Source: Haplodiscus bocki (Eukaryota). Taken from it: DNA of 64,000 nucleotides. Positions 1 to 14,500 of the stretch are shown piece after piece. Position 1 is the stretch's first letter. The number at the start of each line of letters is the position of its first letter. The position numbers and the translations under genes were made by a program. Under the pieces are notes generated by a model. The model ran no database searches and was not told the origin of the DNA. It saw nothing but the letters and a program-made list of their open reading frames with translations. The DNA is taken from contig OZ296651.1 in NCBI GenBank assembly GCA_965655095.1, positions 56,792,001-56,856,000 of the forward strand. Reading direction: 5' to 3'.

Positions 1-229
1 GCTTTATAGAGTGGATCTCAACGAATATGACACTGCGATATAAACTGATGTTCATAAAATGACAAGCCCTGATTTTGACAGCCAAATTTTCCAAATCATG
101 ATCAGATAACGAGTTCAATAATTTTTTGGCAGTTGAAATAAGCAAGAAATGAGATTGATTACTCATCAGAATGCAACGCAGACAGTAGTAATATTCGGAG
201 TCATGGTTCATTAGAAAAGCAACGGCACT

Positions 230-1100
230 GGACAAAAATGAAAATTTTATGATCATCTCCGTTTTTTTTCTTAACCCCCATCCAAGCTGATGGTCAGTGG
301 CGCAACTTTGAAGCTACAGGTATTAAAATTTTTCAAGATTAGCAAGCTTTGTTTGATATTTCTTTTAAATCAAAATATATCAACAGATTCAACAGACTCC
401 GCGGATTTTTTTCAAAATCCATTTTTATTTAGCTAAAATTTGGATAAATTGAAGAATAGCCAGAATTGGACAGAAGTAACGGCCAATTACTTCCAAGTAC
501 ACAGGAATACTTATTGAATACTTATTGAATACAGGTGAAAATAAACCTCGGGGTGGTGAAAAATAACGGATAATCCCTTTACGTTTTTTGCAGTAGATCC
601 AAGGGGCGATTACTTCAAGTAATTGATGATTTAGCATTTTATACCATTTTATGGAAGTTTAAAAAAGATGGCTGACATTTCCTATCAGTTTATTTTTAAA
701 AACATACTTTTACAACTCAGCTTCGATGATACACGGGAGAATTTCAAAATTCACTATCAATTTGTCTTCTCCAGAAATTAGGATGCGCATCAACTTGCCA
801 TCATTTTCCGGCCATATTATAGGAAGATCAAGACCTTCAGTTTCGTTATGTACGAAAAACTAGCCGATTGCATTACGAGCATTGAAAACTTGTCAGTTTA
901 AGAGACAGTTCTCCATTCTGATAAGACGACAGAACTCGCCTTTACGCTGGTAGAAAATATGAACCATCAGGTCGTGTTGTTGGTATTTTCATTCCATCTG
1001 ATGATCTCTCTCAAAAACAATAAACATACACGAGAAATTTATATTATCGTAACTAAAACATTGAAGGGCTTCAAGACATGTTTTTAGAATGAAAAGGTGG
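230..1100 (+). mobile_element. Highly degraded Polinton/Maverick-like relic (packaging ATPase region)
   Basis: PSKLMVSGAT (about 279-308) resembles the Walker-A lead-in of Polinton ATPases. Later fragments resemble the FDD and downstream motifs. Many stops and frameshifts are present. Confidence 0.35.
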
Positions 1101-2351
1101 AAATCATCCATAAATAACTGGATCTCCACTTCGTGATATACATAATATTGCCTACAGAAAATCAAAATGTTTGTTCTGAAGAATCATTCTGCTGCTTGCA
1201 TCAATCAAATTCTTATGAAGAAGACATCGTAACATCGTTATGATCTCACCATCCTGAAACAAACAATGCGAACAGTTAACACCAGGGTTTTATACATATA
1301 ATTTAAACTGTCGCAGTTCAAATAAGAATCAATGTCGAAATGGATGGAAGCGATCGAAGTTCTCACTTAGCTGATATCCAGCTCTTTGATATAATGCATT
1401 CAAAGATTAGTACAAAATCTTTCCAATGATCCTGCGCGGAAAAGCAACATCGGTGAATGGTTTCCTCTTTACGAATCTTACCTAAATCTCAAACAAAATT
1501 TTTCTCTGAAAATGCAATGCACCGTTGCACTACACGACGAAAAATCCTTACACATGAAACAAACGTCATTTGAAATAAGGTGGTAATATCGTTAACGGTT
1601 CAACTTATCGGTTAAGGAAATTATCTTCTGTATTACGAAAATTACATGAAATTATGGTGACCGATTTTGAGCTCTGGTGCCTCGCAAAATGGTTTCACGA
1701 AGACTTTCCAACATATTAACGAGATTTGCAAATGACTAGGGAAATGCCACAAAAGAATTACATAACCTAAAAAGAAACATATAACATTGGGGCACAGACC
1801 TCCAACGTTAGTTTTTCCAGGATTCGTTTTTCATTTCAATCCCCAGATCAATTCAATCAATTTCATTTTGTAGAAGCATTGATCAAAACGAAGACACCTG
1901 TCGTTAAAAAACGGATCACAAAAAATGCATATTAAAGAACAGCAACGCATTTATAAGTTGAAGCGAAAAAAAAACGAAAACAACAATAGATCCCGTCGTG
2001 AAAAGTCCAACCATTGGTAAATCTTACATTGGTAAAAAGAAGTTTTTTGATTTTGAAACATCCTGTTTCATCTGCTCATAAGAAAAACTTGAATTGCATA
2101 TCACTTCAATTCAAAACAGTTTGAGCCTTTCCAAAAATTTGGCCAGTGTCGTTCATCACAACCAAAAAATCCTAGCACTGAGAAGCCACTACAGCCAATA
2201 TTTGCTTTAAATTTGAAGAGACGTTGGGACGGACCATTTAAATGATTTCAAGTCGACCACCTCTGTTCACTCACATGGCAAGTAATCATCACGAAGAAGC
2301 TCGAAATTACAAGTTCAAGCACAAGAGAGCTAATAAATCCCTCCGCAGGGT

Positions 2352-2446
2352 GGATCGCGTAGCTCAGTGATTAATGCTAGTACCCTCAATTTGAGTACCT
2401 GTTGCATTCAAAAAGGAGATTGTAGGCTCGCAACCCACATTGCTCC
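2352..2446 (+). pseudogene. Degenerate tRNA-like sequence or tRNA-SINE head
   Basis: A-box-like TAGCTCAGTGATT and B-box-like GGCTCGCAACCC, with partial end pairing GGATCGC/TTGCTCC. The anticodon arm is not resolvable. Confidence 0.45.
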
Positions 2447-2584
2447 CAAAGTTATCTCTCATTACAGAAGTTGACATTGAATCAACAAACAATGGTTGCA
2501 TAGTTCCCAGAACCTCGTTCCCGCATTGTCTCTCCAGAATTGAAAAAATGTTCCATTAATGAAAACAAAGATTAAGTTGATAAT

Positions 2585-5500
2585 CTAACTTGCATATGGG
2601 TACATGGGGGCGCCACCTCTTCTGTTGTAGTAGCCGCCATCATTACGATTTCCTCCATAGGCACCACCTATGCAAAAGACAGCCAAGTTAAATTAAGGCA
2701 AAATACAACGTTCACAATTATCAAAACATGCATGCACTGTTTAAACTTATGCGAAGAATATCTTCGCAAGCAACATTTGCCTAAATCACATCCTCACGTG
2801 TTATCTTCCCTCTTTAAGTCTCGGGGCTGAGCGCCATTCAGACTCCAAAGAAGATTATTGGCCAACAAAATAATACAGCATGTACTCTATATGAAAAGAT
2901 TGAACGACAAAATGCTTAGATTCCATAAAAAACGATATGATATAGTTCCTTTATTGTTTCTCATTAGATCAAAGAATGCCAAATGTTTTATGTGAAACAG
3001 TTCCTCTGCTGCATTTGGAATTCAGAACAGAAAAAGTATATTATACCATTTCCTCGTCAGATTGGCACCGTGTAGTTGAGTTGCAATCAATTCTATTGTC
3101 TCCAAGGAGATACCAATCAATATTGCAAAAACTAAATATTCTTTCCATGATACAATTTGACTCTTTCTTCATACAGACAGTTGCCTACAGACCCAAGCAA
3201 AAAATTATTCATTTTAGTGAAAGTATTATTACAAAGTATGAAAAAAGTGAGAAAAATTCGAGGTTTCTCGTCAGCAAGTATATGGTCAAAAAGGAAAGCG
3301 GTTGAAATTTTGATTGAAAAGCACTATTGGAAAAGTTCTTGAATTAAATGTGCAAAGTTTATATAAAAATTAAATCCGAGAAACGGTAGTTAGTACTTTA
3401 TAGTTCGACTGAAACCTTTCATAGCAAGTCAGGCAATTTTGAAGCTCCGTTCTCATTTTGTCAGATGTAATTGTTTTTTACGCACTAAAATACAACAAAA
3501 ATTCTCTACAAGCTAGATTTTGGAGTGAATCAATAATTAACGGCAATTTTTGTGTGCACTGAGTTTTATAAGGTGCGGCAAATAGAAACTGGCAATAGAC
3601 ACAAAATTCATTCAATTATTTGTTCCGACCTTGAAATTGACGGCGGGTCCACTAAGCTACAAAATGATTTTTTTTTTGTGATGACAGCGTTGTTTTCACG
3701 AAGTGGCGCGTCTTCGAATGAAAATTGGTGTGTTCATGCTAAAACGTCTTTGAAAGATCTCACAGGCACTGCCAAATGCCCTTTCAATATTTCAGACTTG
3801 GATAATTCCAAGATATTTATCCACCAAAAGTACTCAGAATCAAACATTTTGTCATTTCAACCGTTCATTATGACATTTGCTAGCACATAACGTAGTCTCT
3901 CAACCAAAAAGTTACTAACAAGAACTTGTATCATACCAGCAACGAATTTAACATAAACATGGAGCTAATTGTAAAGAAGGCCGATTTGATTCGGTCAACC
4001 CCGAGACACCTTTCTATATCCATCAAGTATTTAGATTAAATTATTTCACTAGTATAAAGGTCAGTTATCAAATTGAGAAGTTATTCTACGCCAAGGTTCA
4101 AAGATTCTGAATCCATAGTAAAAGTATTTTTAAGCTTTTTCTAAAGCTACAATCGTAATCTGCGAGCAACAAGTACTGAGGTTCCAAAGTAAATCAGAAA
4201 AATTTGCTAAGCATAAGGATTCAGTTTTACTGGGTTTTTGTACGTGAATGCAAGTCTATAAAGTATTCCGTTCATGATACCATTAGCATTTCAAGGAACG
4301 TTTGAAGAGCAATATTTGCGGAATGTGCAATTGATGAATTGTTTCACAGAGAAGTTTTGCTTTCGAGAGAACTTGCTGGGTTGGGCCTATCTGTTTGGCT
4401 TGCAGTCATTTAATACTTACTATTACTGCAGCAATCATTTCCCAGTCTTGGCTGTCATCTGTATCTGCAGTCGTTCATTCAGTCCCTCCGCTTTTTCTTA
4501 GATTGCTCACACGGAACCGCTCGCAAAAAGCCCAACCTACGTTCGCTATCCCATTCATTTGTCAGTCATAGATTGAGCATTTGTTTGCCATTTTATTATG
4601 CTTAGCAAGAGCTAATGGAGGTGTAGGAAAGTTAGGAAGACTTTTATGGTTTATGGTTGAAATTTCCATATGTTCAATAGATCTATAGGTTTCCCGTAAG
4701 ATTCAAGGACATTAATATTGTTGCTCAAAAAAAACGTTTTTCTTAAGTTCTGCGAAGTTGAAACTATTTTCAAGCGAAAGAAGACAGGCTCTTTGAGCCA
4801 AGCAGTGAAGTCTTATTTTGTTGCAAGCCTGGAAACTGCTGGAGCTCACGAGGATGAGGCTTGATTGTTCGCTATCCTGAAAATAACAGCAAACACAAAA
4901 TACATGACACGTCATGACGAACGTCAACAATAAAATACATGAGCACAAGGATATCTGAGAAAAAAGATACTTCAATCAAAATTTATCTTCAAAAAAACTG
5001 AAACGGTTCATCGAAAAATGTACTTCAACGTTAATTCCCGATTCTAGGAGTTTGTGCCATTTTTTTGTCACTTCAGGGCTCGGTAAAATCACAAAATTTT
5101 TCTAACCACGAATTTTTTAAACCATAAATTACACTATTTAAATGTGACTTCATGTTCGATTTCACAGCAACAAAAAGTTTTCAACTTACGACCGGTAACT
5201 ATCGGAGAAAACCTCAAGAAACGTGATTCATTTTCTTGATACAAGCAGAAAGAAATTACCCAGAGATCCAGTGAATAACTTTCTATTATATCTTGGGTAC
5301 TTCAGATAATTAGAAGATGGAAATTTTTCTGAATATATACAAAAAATAGAACGAAGAAAAATCAAATAAGAAGCTAAATTTCAAACTTTGGAAACGCAAG
5401 AACTTACCAGGTGCAATGACTGGTGCTATCTCGACTTTCAAAACTGATATTTAGACTCGCATTGCACTAATCTTACAGTGCTAACTTCGTATATGAATTT

Positions 5501-8500
5501 GAGTTGATAAATCTTGTATCAGACTCTCTAAATTGAGTACTTTTTTGAGAGAAACTTGAAACAATTGAGAAGTGTTCTTCGGATGTAATAAAACCAACAA
5601 GAAAACAAACATTTGGGGCTTTACAATGATTTCATAAAATCTCGAATTTTAGGGCTATAAAGGCCACAGGTTGAAAATTTGACACACAGAGATGCAGCGG
5701 AACTTCGCAACACATTCTAACTTGTCAGTTCAAATCAAAGATAAACTTGACCGATTAAAGGTCCTGAGAGAAGTTTGAACCTTGATCGGATACATGATTG
5801 ACACTTCTACACCATCTGTCAATCAAAAGTTGTTCCAAAAAATTCAATTGAGACTACTACCTTTCACAGTGTCTATAGTCGAAATTTGGTTTGAATTTGA
5901 TCATCTATTTCAAGGTTCGCCATTTTGCACCCAAAAATTTACACTGTAAACAACGCAAAAATGAACAATTTTAGGTGCTCCAAAACGTTATGTTAAAAAT
6001 ATACCTCTTAAATGTCAAATATTAGTCAAAAATATGTCAGAACCGCTTGAAAAAATTCTTATCTCTCTTGTAAATCATGAAGTCTTGAAACATCACAAAG
6101 TTGCGTAATTTTGGTCAGACAAACGTCAAAAACAACTTTCATACTTTGAACCTAAAGTGGTCATTTTCTCAATTTGAGATTCAATGGTGTCATTTCGATG
6201 ATTGTCAGGCGGTATATGCCGACTTAGAATTTTCGATATCTTATTTACTAATATTAACCATTTTGAATTTTGCGAATTTTTTTCATGTAACGTTTTTTTT
6301 GCGACACCTAACAGTACCCACACTGTCTCATACTCAAAACATTGTTATTTGAATCCTTGCCTTTTAGAATGCTGTGTTCATTTTTCAGCCCTATTTTCAA
6401 AAATTTTGCACATTTCAGAACGTCAAAATAAACAAGTAACTGCCAAGCTGTTTCACAAAGGCCTTTTTGACCGTTTACACTAAACTCTCTGATAACGACA
6501 AAGTTTTGGACAGGATAAAAAACTTTGCATGAGCCGGTTTCCAATACATATTTCCTTTCAGTCAGAATGGATATAAAGACAGCCGGAAAATCACAATACA
6601 ATACCTGATCAAAAGTTTGGACATGATGAATTAAGCTCAGAAACTTTTTTTAATAAACAGCAGCTTTAAAAATAAGCTGTGGAAACTGAATTATTCAGCC
6701 AACTTTATGATCTTCATCTTCTAAAGTTTTTTCGACCATCGCTTTCTTTAAAAATGCTATTTCCACTCACTCAAATTTCAACTTTAGGAGAATAAACGCA
6801 TTTATAAACGCCGTTACTTTTCGAATTCAAGTCTCCTGCGCTCACTTAATTGAGTTCCAACACGTCAGCCAGACAAAACACAGAGCTTAGTATTGCTTGT
6901 TTGCATAACTTTTGTTCATGCGACTTTTATTTACTATTTCTTGAAATTTCAAGTAGTATAGGTTTTTCTTAGCTTCCTCCAATATATGCAAATTTTTGAT
7001 CACCCACTGAAATTTATAGTATCATTCTAGCCAGCATTCCAAATTGAAGGTTAAAAATTTCTTGAGAAAGAAAATTTTTTTGAAACACAAAACAGATTAT
7101 TGCTGAATTTTTTTTCAGATCCAAGTAATTTACTCGAAAATGGAAAATTCTAAATTGTTTGATCCTTGGCTTCAGTTTTCTGCAACAATGGACCTAGATT
7201 GATTTGTGCAGAGATCTTCCATGAAGTTGGGACTCATTTCAGAACACCTAGAACTTACTTGAGAGCCATTGTGAATCGTTACGCAAAGCATTCTAAATTA
7301 TTAATAAAATGCGAATTGCTGCAAAGAATCCCACCAAAGCAAAACTAAAAAAATCCTCAATAGCAAAACAAATAAATAGAGCTGAAACATGAAATATGCA
7401 TTTCTCCGACATTAACCAGATTACTTTGCATAAGTATTACTCTAAGTTAAAATTGAACAAGTTAAAATTGAACAACAAATGCCCTTTGGATGATCCTAGT
7501 TTTTTTCCAAAAGATGCATAGGTTCCCTATTCTGAACTTATACTTCGGCACAGATTTTTGTTGTATGAAAATGAAAGAAAAGTTGTGTGATTAATAATGC
7601 AAATATATAAGTTCCAATATAATTTTCTTGATGCAGCACTTTTGGGAGAAAACTAAGAGATGATGTCACGGACAATAATATCTATGCTCTCGAGTGAAAT
7701 ACCGCTTCCAAATTAAATTATTAATCAAATATATCGATCATTTCAAATGAGCTCTCCACCTATTTTCCGTTGACACTTCTCACGCTTAGGAATAAATTGT
7801 AAATATGCTGCACCATCACTAATTCAAGGTGAACTTTTTAGTCAACAGGCTCCAATCACAGGTTCGAATAGAAAATCACAAGAACGAGTACGGTTTTTCT
7901 GATGGCCGCCAATTTCCGATGTTGCTTTGAAAACAATCGTTAATTGCTAAGTTGCCGCTTTTCTCGGAACTGAATTCTGACTAACCTTGATATTCAATTT
8001 GCATCTGCAAACTGAGAATTTTATCAGCGGCAGTTTTGACTATCCCACTGGATCACTGATTGTACCTTTATGTTAAAGTAAGCACCTCGAAAACTTGCGC
8101 CAAGCTTCCAAGCTGTTCATGTTTTGATTTATCGTATTCAACGATGCGATTGTTTTTTTTTGTACCAAACCAGCATCCGCTAAGCAGTCAATTTGACTTG
8201 AGAGCCCCTAATATGATTGACTGATGACATAGCGTCACTTCCTATCGGCGCTATGCTTTCGCCAACAGCAGTGCATTACAATCTACCATACCCTGAACTC
8301 ATGATACAGCCCATCCCTAAAGCATCGACGATGAAACTTTCATAAAAAATCTACTTTTGTAGCGTGAAGTCAAACGTTTGTACAATTTTAGTTGCTCAAA
8401 CTCGGAAGTATTTCATTGTGACACTAGCATAAAGTCTATCATAAGAAGTCATGCTGATTTTCATATTCACTGTTAAGCGCTAATCTTGCCTAATCAGCTT

Positions 8501-11500
8501 TGCTCTCCTCCGTAACTCGATACTTTGCTTGATGGGCTGTAGATCAATGAAAAGGAGCGAAAAAGTAAAAAATTCAACTGGAGCGATCATAGAAGAGGGA
8601 AGCCTGTAATACCAAGGGCTAATTTATAAAATTCGAAGCAAACGATGTAGTAAATTATTGCCCTAAACTTGTTTTACATAAACAAGGGGACCGTTCAATG
8701 ACACTGTACAGGAGGGGTACAGCACACAGCATATCAACGACCCGAACCTTGAACTCTTCTCCCCGACATAGATTCTTTTTCACATTTCCCACACTTCTGC
8801 CCTCTTGTCACAATTCACATAACTTCTCAGTCTGATTTACGTCTATGCAAGTTGTCATATATGAGCTGCCTGATGTACCGTTATGCACGGTCCCCTTGAA
8901 AAAATCACCGTTAAGGGCGTCATCGGTTTTAAGTCGAACGTAATGTTTGACACACTTAACACAGAGGCAAAATTCGGCTTCGCAGCACTGGCACCAACGG
9001 AATACTAGTGAACAAATTAAAAGTGTAACTGATTATCGAAGGGGTCGCCGTACTACAAAGACTAATGATTTAAAAAAATGAGCAAACCTGAATGAGTCAG
9101 TTCATTCTCGAACAAGTCTAGCAAGTATGCACGGCTATAGCAGTTAATTCGCTTTATATTTCAAGCAAGCACAAACACTGGAAAACATGAACAAACACAC
9201 ACGTGAACAAGTTTTTGCAACTGCAGCAGACCACAAGAACAAAATTTTGCGACAATGCGAGAGCACACGACATAATTTAGGAGCATTACAATCTAAGAAC
9301 AAATGCGAGCTGGGAACGAATCAGAAGAAACAAAAGCATGTGAAATAACAACAACTTGCGCAATTATAAGACAGAGGCGAAGCGAAGCTGCACAAAGCCG
9401 GCAATCTAAAAAACCCATTTCTTTGACAACTGGAAACATCAGTATTGGAACCAAACGCAGGAAAATTTAGGCTTCCGATGACTCGTGAAAGTATGAAAAA
9501 CAATTATCCATACATTCTCAGAAATAGTGAACGGCGATACAAAGCCATGCAGATTCAACTATAAATGTGATTCTTAATATCATCTGAACTTCCAATAATA
9601 GTGACTTTTTTAAATAAAAACGAAAACGACGGAAGGAAAAAAACGGAATTCAGACTTGTGTTTCAAAAAACAATGTAAAATAACTGGCGGGGAAAAGGTA
9701 AGAAAAAAGCAACCACTAACGCTGAACAGACTAGCTTCGCCACTTGGCGAGTAATTGAAAAGTAGATGGTTGCTACTACCCGACTAGTATAGTTCGAGAA
9801 AAAATGCCGGCGAAAGACGCAGTTGAAAATAACATTAATTTTCCAACCACAAGTTCAGTTGTATCGAGGGAAAAGTACGCAACATGCCACTCCTGGTATT
9901 TAACAGAAAATCCACGTTGCGTCTTCATTATACGCACTAATGGCTCCCAATTTGACACTTAGTTATTGAGAGTAACATTCTCGGAAGAAGATCTTATTGA
10001 GAGTAACACTCTCCGAAGAAGATGCAACTCTAATAGTTCTGAGTCTGGAAATACACGTCGGGCTAGAAAACAGTGAAGTGGTGAACCCCAGGTACTCGGA
10101 AGCGTCAAAAGGTTATGCAAAAATATCAATTGAGACTCAATGGATGAACACTTTGAAAAAAGAACAGGAAAATTGAATTTTTCAACAGAAACTATGTTTT
10201 TCGGGTGGTTTCACGAAAAAGCACCTCAAGACCATTTTAAACCGCAAAAATTATGCAGCAGACCATCAATTACCTCATAAATTTCCACGTGTTCGGTTGC
10301 TGAAAAAGCACTGGACGGCTTCAATGCAACAGATATACTCCGAAGAAAATGATTTCAATTCGAGAAAACGACAATCACGACGTTTAGTTAGGAAAAAACG
10401 CCTGAAGAAAAGCCACCAAAAAGACCAAAGAATTGGGTGAAATCCCAAACCCTGCTGCCCTTACCGGATGTTCTGGTGTCCCTATTATCCGAAGCAGACC
10501 CCGATAAATTTGATCGATTTTGGGCTTGCTGCGATGATAGCCTTTGAAAATACACCACCATGAGACAGCATATCCAGATATTACAGTCAGTCCACGCAAA
10601 ACTTCGTCGGAAAACAGATAACGAAACGAAGCTGAAAAATTAATCTTGGTTGAAAACTTGAAAAAGCGATATATTTCTTTAACATGATAATTGAAAATAA
10701 CGCAAGAAGTATGCGAACAGCTCGACCCCAAACCAAGAGAGATTGAAAAACATGACCAAAACAGCTACAACGAAACTTCACAGCCCCTACTCCGTCAAAA
10801 AAATGCCAAAGAAATCTGCATTAGACGGCATTTCCAGAACTACAAGCTCCCTTACGGATGGGATAATGGAACTTAAGCTTTCTTCTCTAGCTCCCATCCA
10901 AGATGACACCCCAATTTCCTTCCTCGGGCTATGGCCTCAATGTCAAAAGAATTTTAGGAATGACTTCAAAACTTTGGTGTAACGCGTCAGAAATTTCAAA
11001 ACAATCTACTTTTCTCTCAGTTTACAATTCTTTTTACAGCAAAAATTTCACAAGAATGAGTACGATATCAGTATAATTCTTTTTCGTCCTCTCCGATCCC
11101 AATTTTCAAGTCTTGGAACATGAGAAAATACGAAAAAGAAGGATTCAGGATGCCTGAACATTTTCGAAGAGTCCGGGGGCGAGACTAAGAAAGCATTAAT
11201 GTAAGTCAGCCCGTTAGCACGTTTTTTCCTGCATGAAAAGAAAATGTTAAAATACGTTGCGAAAAAAATTTGCTCGGATATAACACCGATTTCAAATTCC
11301 GCTCTATATCTGCGCAGACAAACCCACGACTTAGCATACCATCACGTACCCAAGAATGAAGATTCTCAAGGTTTCAAACTTTTAATCAGCGCCGCCGACA
11401 GTTTGGGACGAACGGAGAGAACCACACCCTTACAAGGAAACTACTCGGAATAAAAAAGAAAATGGAAATCGCTTCTTTAATTTCACACGCCACTTCCACT

Positions 11501-14500
11501 ATTTAGCCCTACCTGCCTAACCCACATACCAAAGTTGGAATAATACAGTTTTCGAGATTTTTGCTCCGTTTCCACGGCTTGGGAAATGCAACTCTATTGT
11601 CCTGGTACAACAACTAATTAGATTAAAAAGAATATTCCCCGTACTAATTTCGCCGGCCAATTCCACTATATAGCATACCTTCAAAATGCTCAGTACCAGC
11701 ATTGGAAAAATCATTGGAAGATTTTTTGATTGTCTTTGTTGGCAAAGTGTGGGGAAAGGGCACGCCCTTGGCCAGATACAAACCCGGATTTCAATCGAGC
11801 CGAAGTCTTAACGGCTTCAACTTCTGCTGCTCCCACTACTTTCACCATCCTCTTCAGCTCTAGTACCCTAGATGGAACATGATAAACACAAACAAGATCT
11901 TTTTCATTCCCTCCCTTCTTACAAGCACACTCTTAGAAGGACACTACCCGGAAAAGAACAAAAAATCCATCTCCACTCAAACTTCACCAGCAACTCCCAT
12001 TACATAGCCTTATCAACGTAACCCATGCATCAAAGTAGGAAAAATGATTTATCCGAAATTTTAATTTCGTTCCTCTTCTCGGTGACTTGGAAAAGGTGAC
12101 TTCACTGCCCGGACACTAAACTGAAAGTCATATAAATGATGTATTCCATAAATAATTCAGGTTTGAACAATCAATAAGTTTTTTGAATGATCCTATGAGT
12201 TCATGAAGCATGTTTTTAAAGCTTACAAATACAGTAGAGTCAGAAACGAATGGAACCTTTATTTGTGAAATAATTTCGGAACGCTAAATATATTTGTCAA
12301 TAACAATTGAAAATCACAAGTTTCTTAGAATTTTATCTACTTCACAATGGTCTTTGTTTGAAACTCCTAAGATCATTATTATAGAAGTTAGGAGATTTTG
12401 TATCTACATGTATTAAGGTAGGAAGTTGATTTTGCATCACATCTTTCGATGTTTTAAGTACCTTCTAATTCGTTTTTCTTTACATTTCATAGGCTGTCAA
12501 GATGCCCCTCATCTACTGATTACAATCAGAAGTTGGCAGCTCCCCAGTGTTTACACTATCAAAATATATAGACATTCCTTGAGAAAAAGTAATCATTACC
12601 AATGTTAATACGTTGTAAAGGTGGTCATGCCTCATGGAATGTCTATGTATTTTGATAGTGTAAACCAAAACAAAATCTTCAAAGTTTATCTTTTACATCT
12701 TATTGCTTTTTGTTAATACAAAACAGCCGATAATTTTATGTGAGAACAAAACCATGAACCTTAGGAAACCAGAAAGCGGGTATGACGTTTCATTATGGGA
12801 AGTTTTCACGGGTAGGTGTTTTCAGTTCTCATTGACTTCGGTACAAAACCAGGCCTATAGACGCGAGCATTATGAGGTTATCAAACACAATTTAAATTAC
12901 ATTCATGTTTATTTTCCACAGCTGAAACCACAAACACCTTCAGAAAATGATGCTAAATTGTTTGCTATTCTTTACCAGCTGCATATACAAATATCCCGTA
13001 AGTTTCTAAAATGTTCTGCTTCGAAGGGAGTTCTCAAACAGACAAGTACTCCCTTCACAAGAAAATTCAATTTCAAATGTATGGATACTAACTCTGATGT
13101 TGGAAATGAAGAGGAAGCTTCGCCCTTTAGAACTGAGCAGAAATGGTTGTTTGCTTTTTAAGGCTGCTATTTTAAAAACTGACTGAATGCGACTCTAGCT
13201 TATTTCGCTTGAGCCTCTCAATGACTAGTGTCTTATGTTTTACCTGAATGGAAAACTAAGTCGCAAACATGACTGTTCTAGCTTTGAGATATATCATTAC
13301 CGTTTTAGATAGGGTTTTTTCTTAAGTCCTTTTCGAGCATCAAAAACTGGAGAAAGCCAATGTATATTTCAGGAGTTTGAAAAAGAACATTTCACTGTTG
13401 AATTGTTGTAAAAGTAGCTTACGCTCACGTTCACCAAAGCAGATTAGGTATTTTGTTCACACATAACATACGCCAGGATATAATTAACAACGCAATAAAG
13501 TTTAGAGTAAAATCGAAGTTGAAAATCTCCACAAAAATGCATTTCTGGGTGGAACATAAGCGCGTTTGAAAAGTTCATTAATGAACTTTCATTTTGGTCT
13601 GGTGAGCCCCTTTTGCCGCGCCATCCTTCTCCATAATTTTATCTTCTTTCTCCGGTAGCACCATTTCGTGGCCATTCAGCTCCAAACACTAATACTGATG
13701 AGTTAGACAACATGACAACAAAATGTAAAAAAAATGTAGCGTTCCACTGAATAAGGGTTTGTGGAAAATTGATTCGGAAGTTACAAAACGGTAGGCTGCT
13801 TTAAAGCAGCGCTATGTCAATTAGGGTTGAACGAATAACGTTTTCTCGCTGGCGGATGCTTTGAATTGCACTTACTAGGTGCCCAAAAAACGTCAGACGT
13901 AAAAATTCCGTGCTCTAGAAACTGATGATATTAGTGAACAAGACACCGGAGCTACTTTCAAGTCAGTACATAGAGCGTGTCAAGAACTGACACCTTCACT
14001 GAATATCAAACTGAAATTGAGGCTGATATCATAAAAGTTGTCTAGACGTGCTTTAACAACCAAAATTAAGCAATTAGGTTGAAATTTGCATGAATTGACT
14101 TGGCATTAGACGACATGTCCCGAGCCATCACCACAATTAATTCCGAGAGGCTATCTCAGCTTCTTAAGTTTGTTGCGGTTCACATTCTAGTTAGGAGCTG
14201 CTCCATATTTTTCGTTGATGAAGTTCGCAAGAGGCCATCATTGTCTCTTAGAATTTTTGTCTTTGGAAAGTTGTCGCGCCATCGTATATCAAAAATAAAC
14301 TCCTGCGAAGCAAGACAATCAAAGCATTGAAATCTTATCTTCACCGCCATTTTTGTTGATAAAAATCGAATTCGCAACTACTGAGAACTTTTTGTCCCCG
14401 GAATTCGAATAACCACTAAAATCTGCAACATCAGATGATTCCTCAACATCCTGCCTTGTAAGATCTGTTCGGTGTATTCCTTCACTAAATTGGAGACCAT

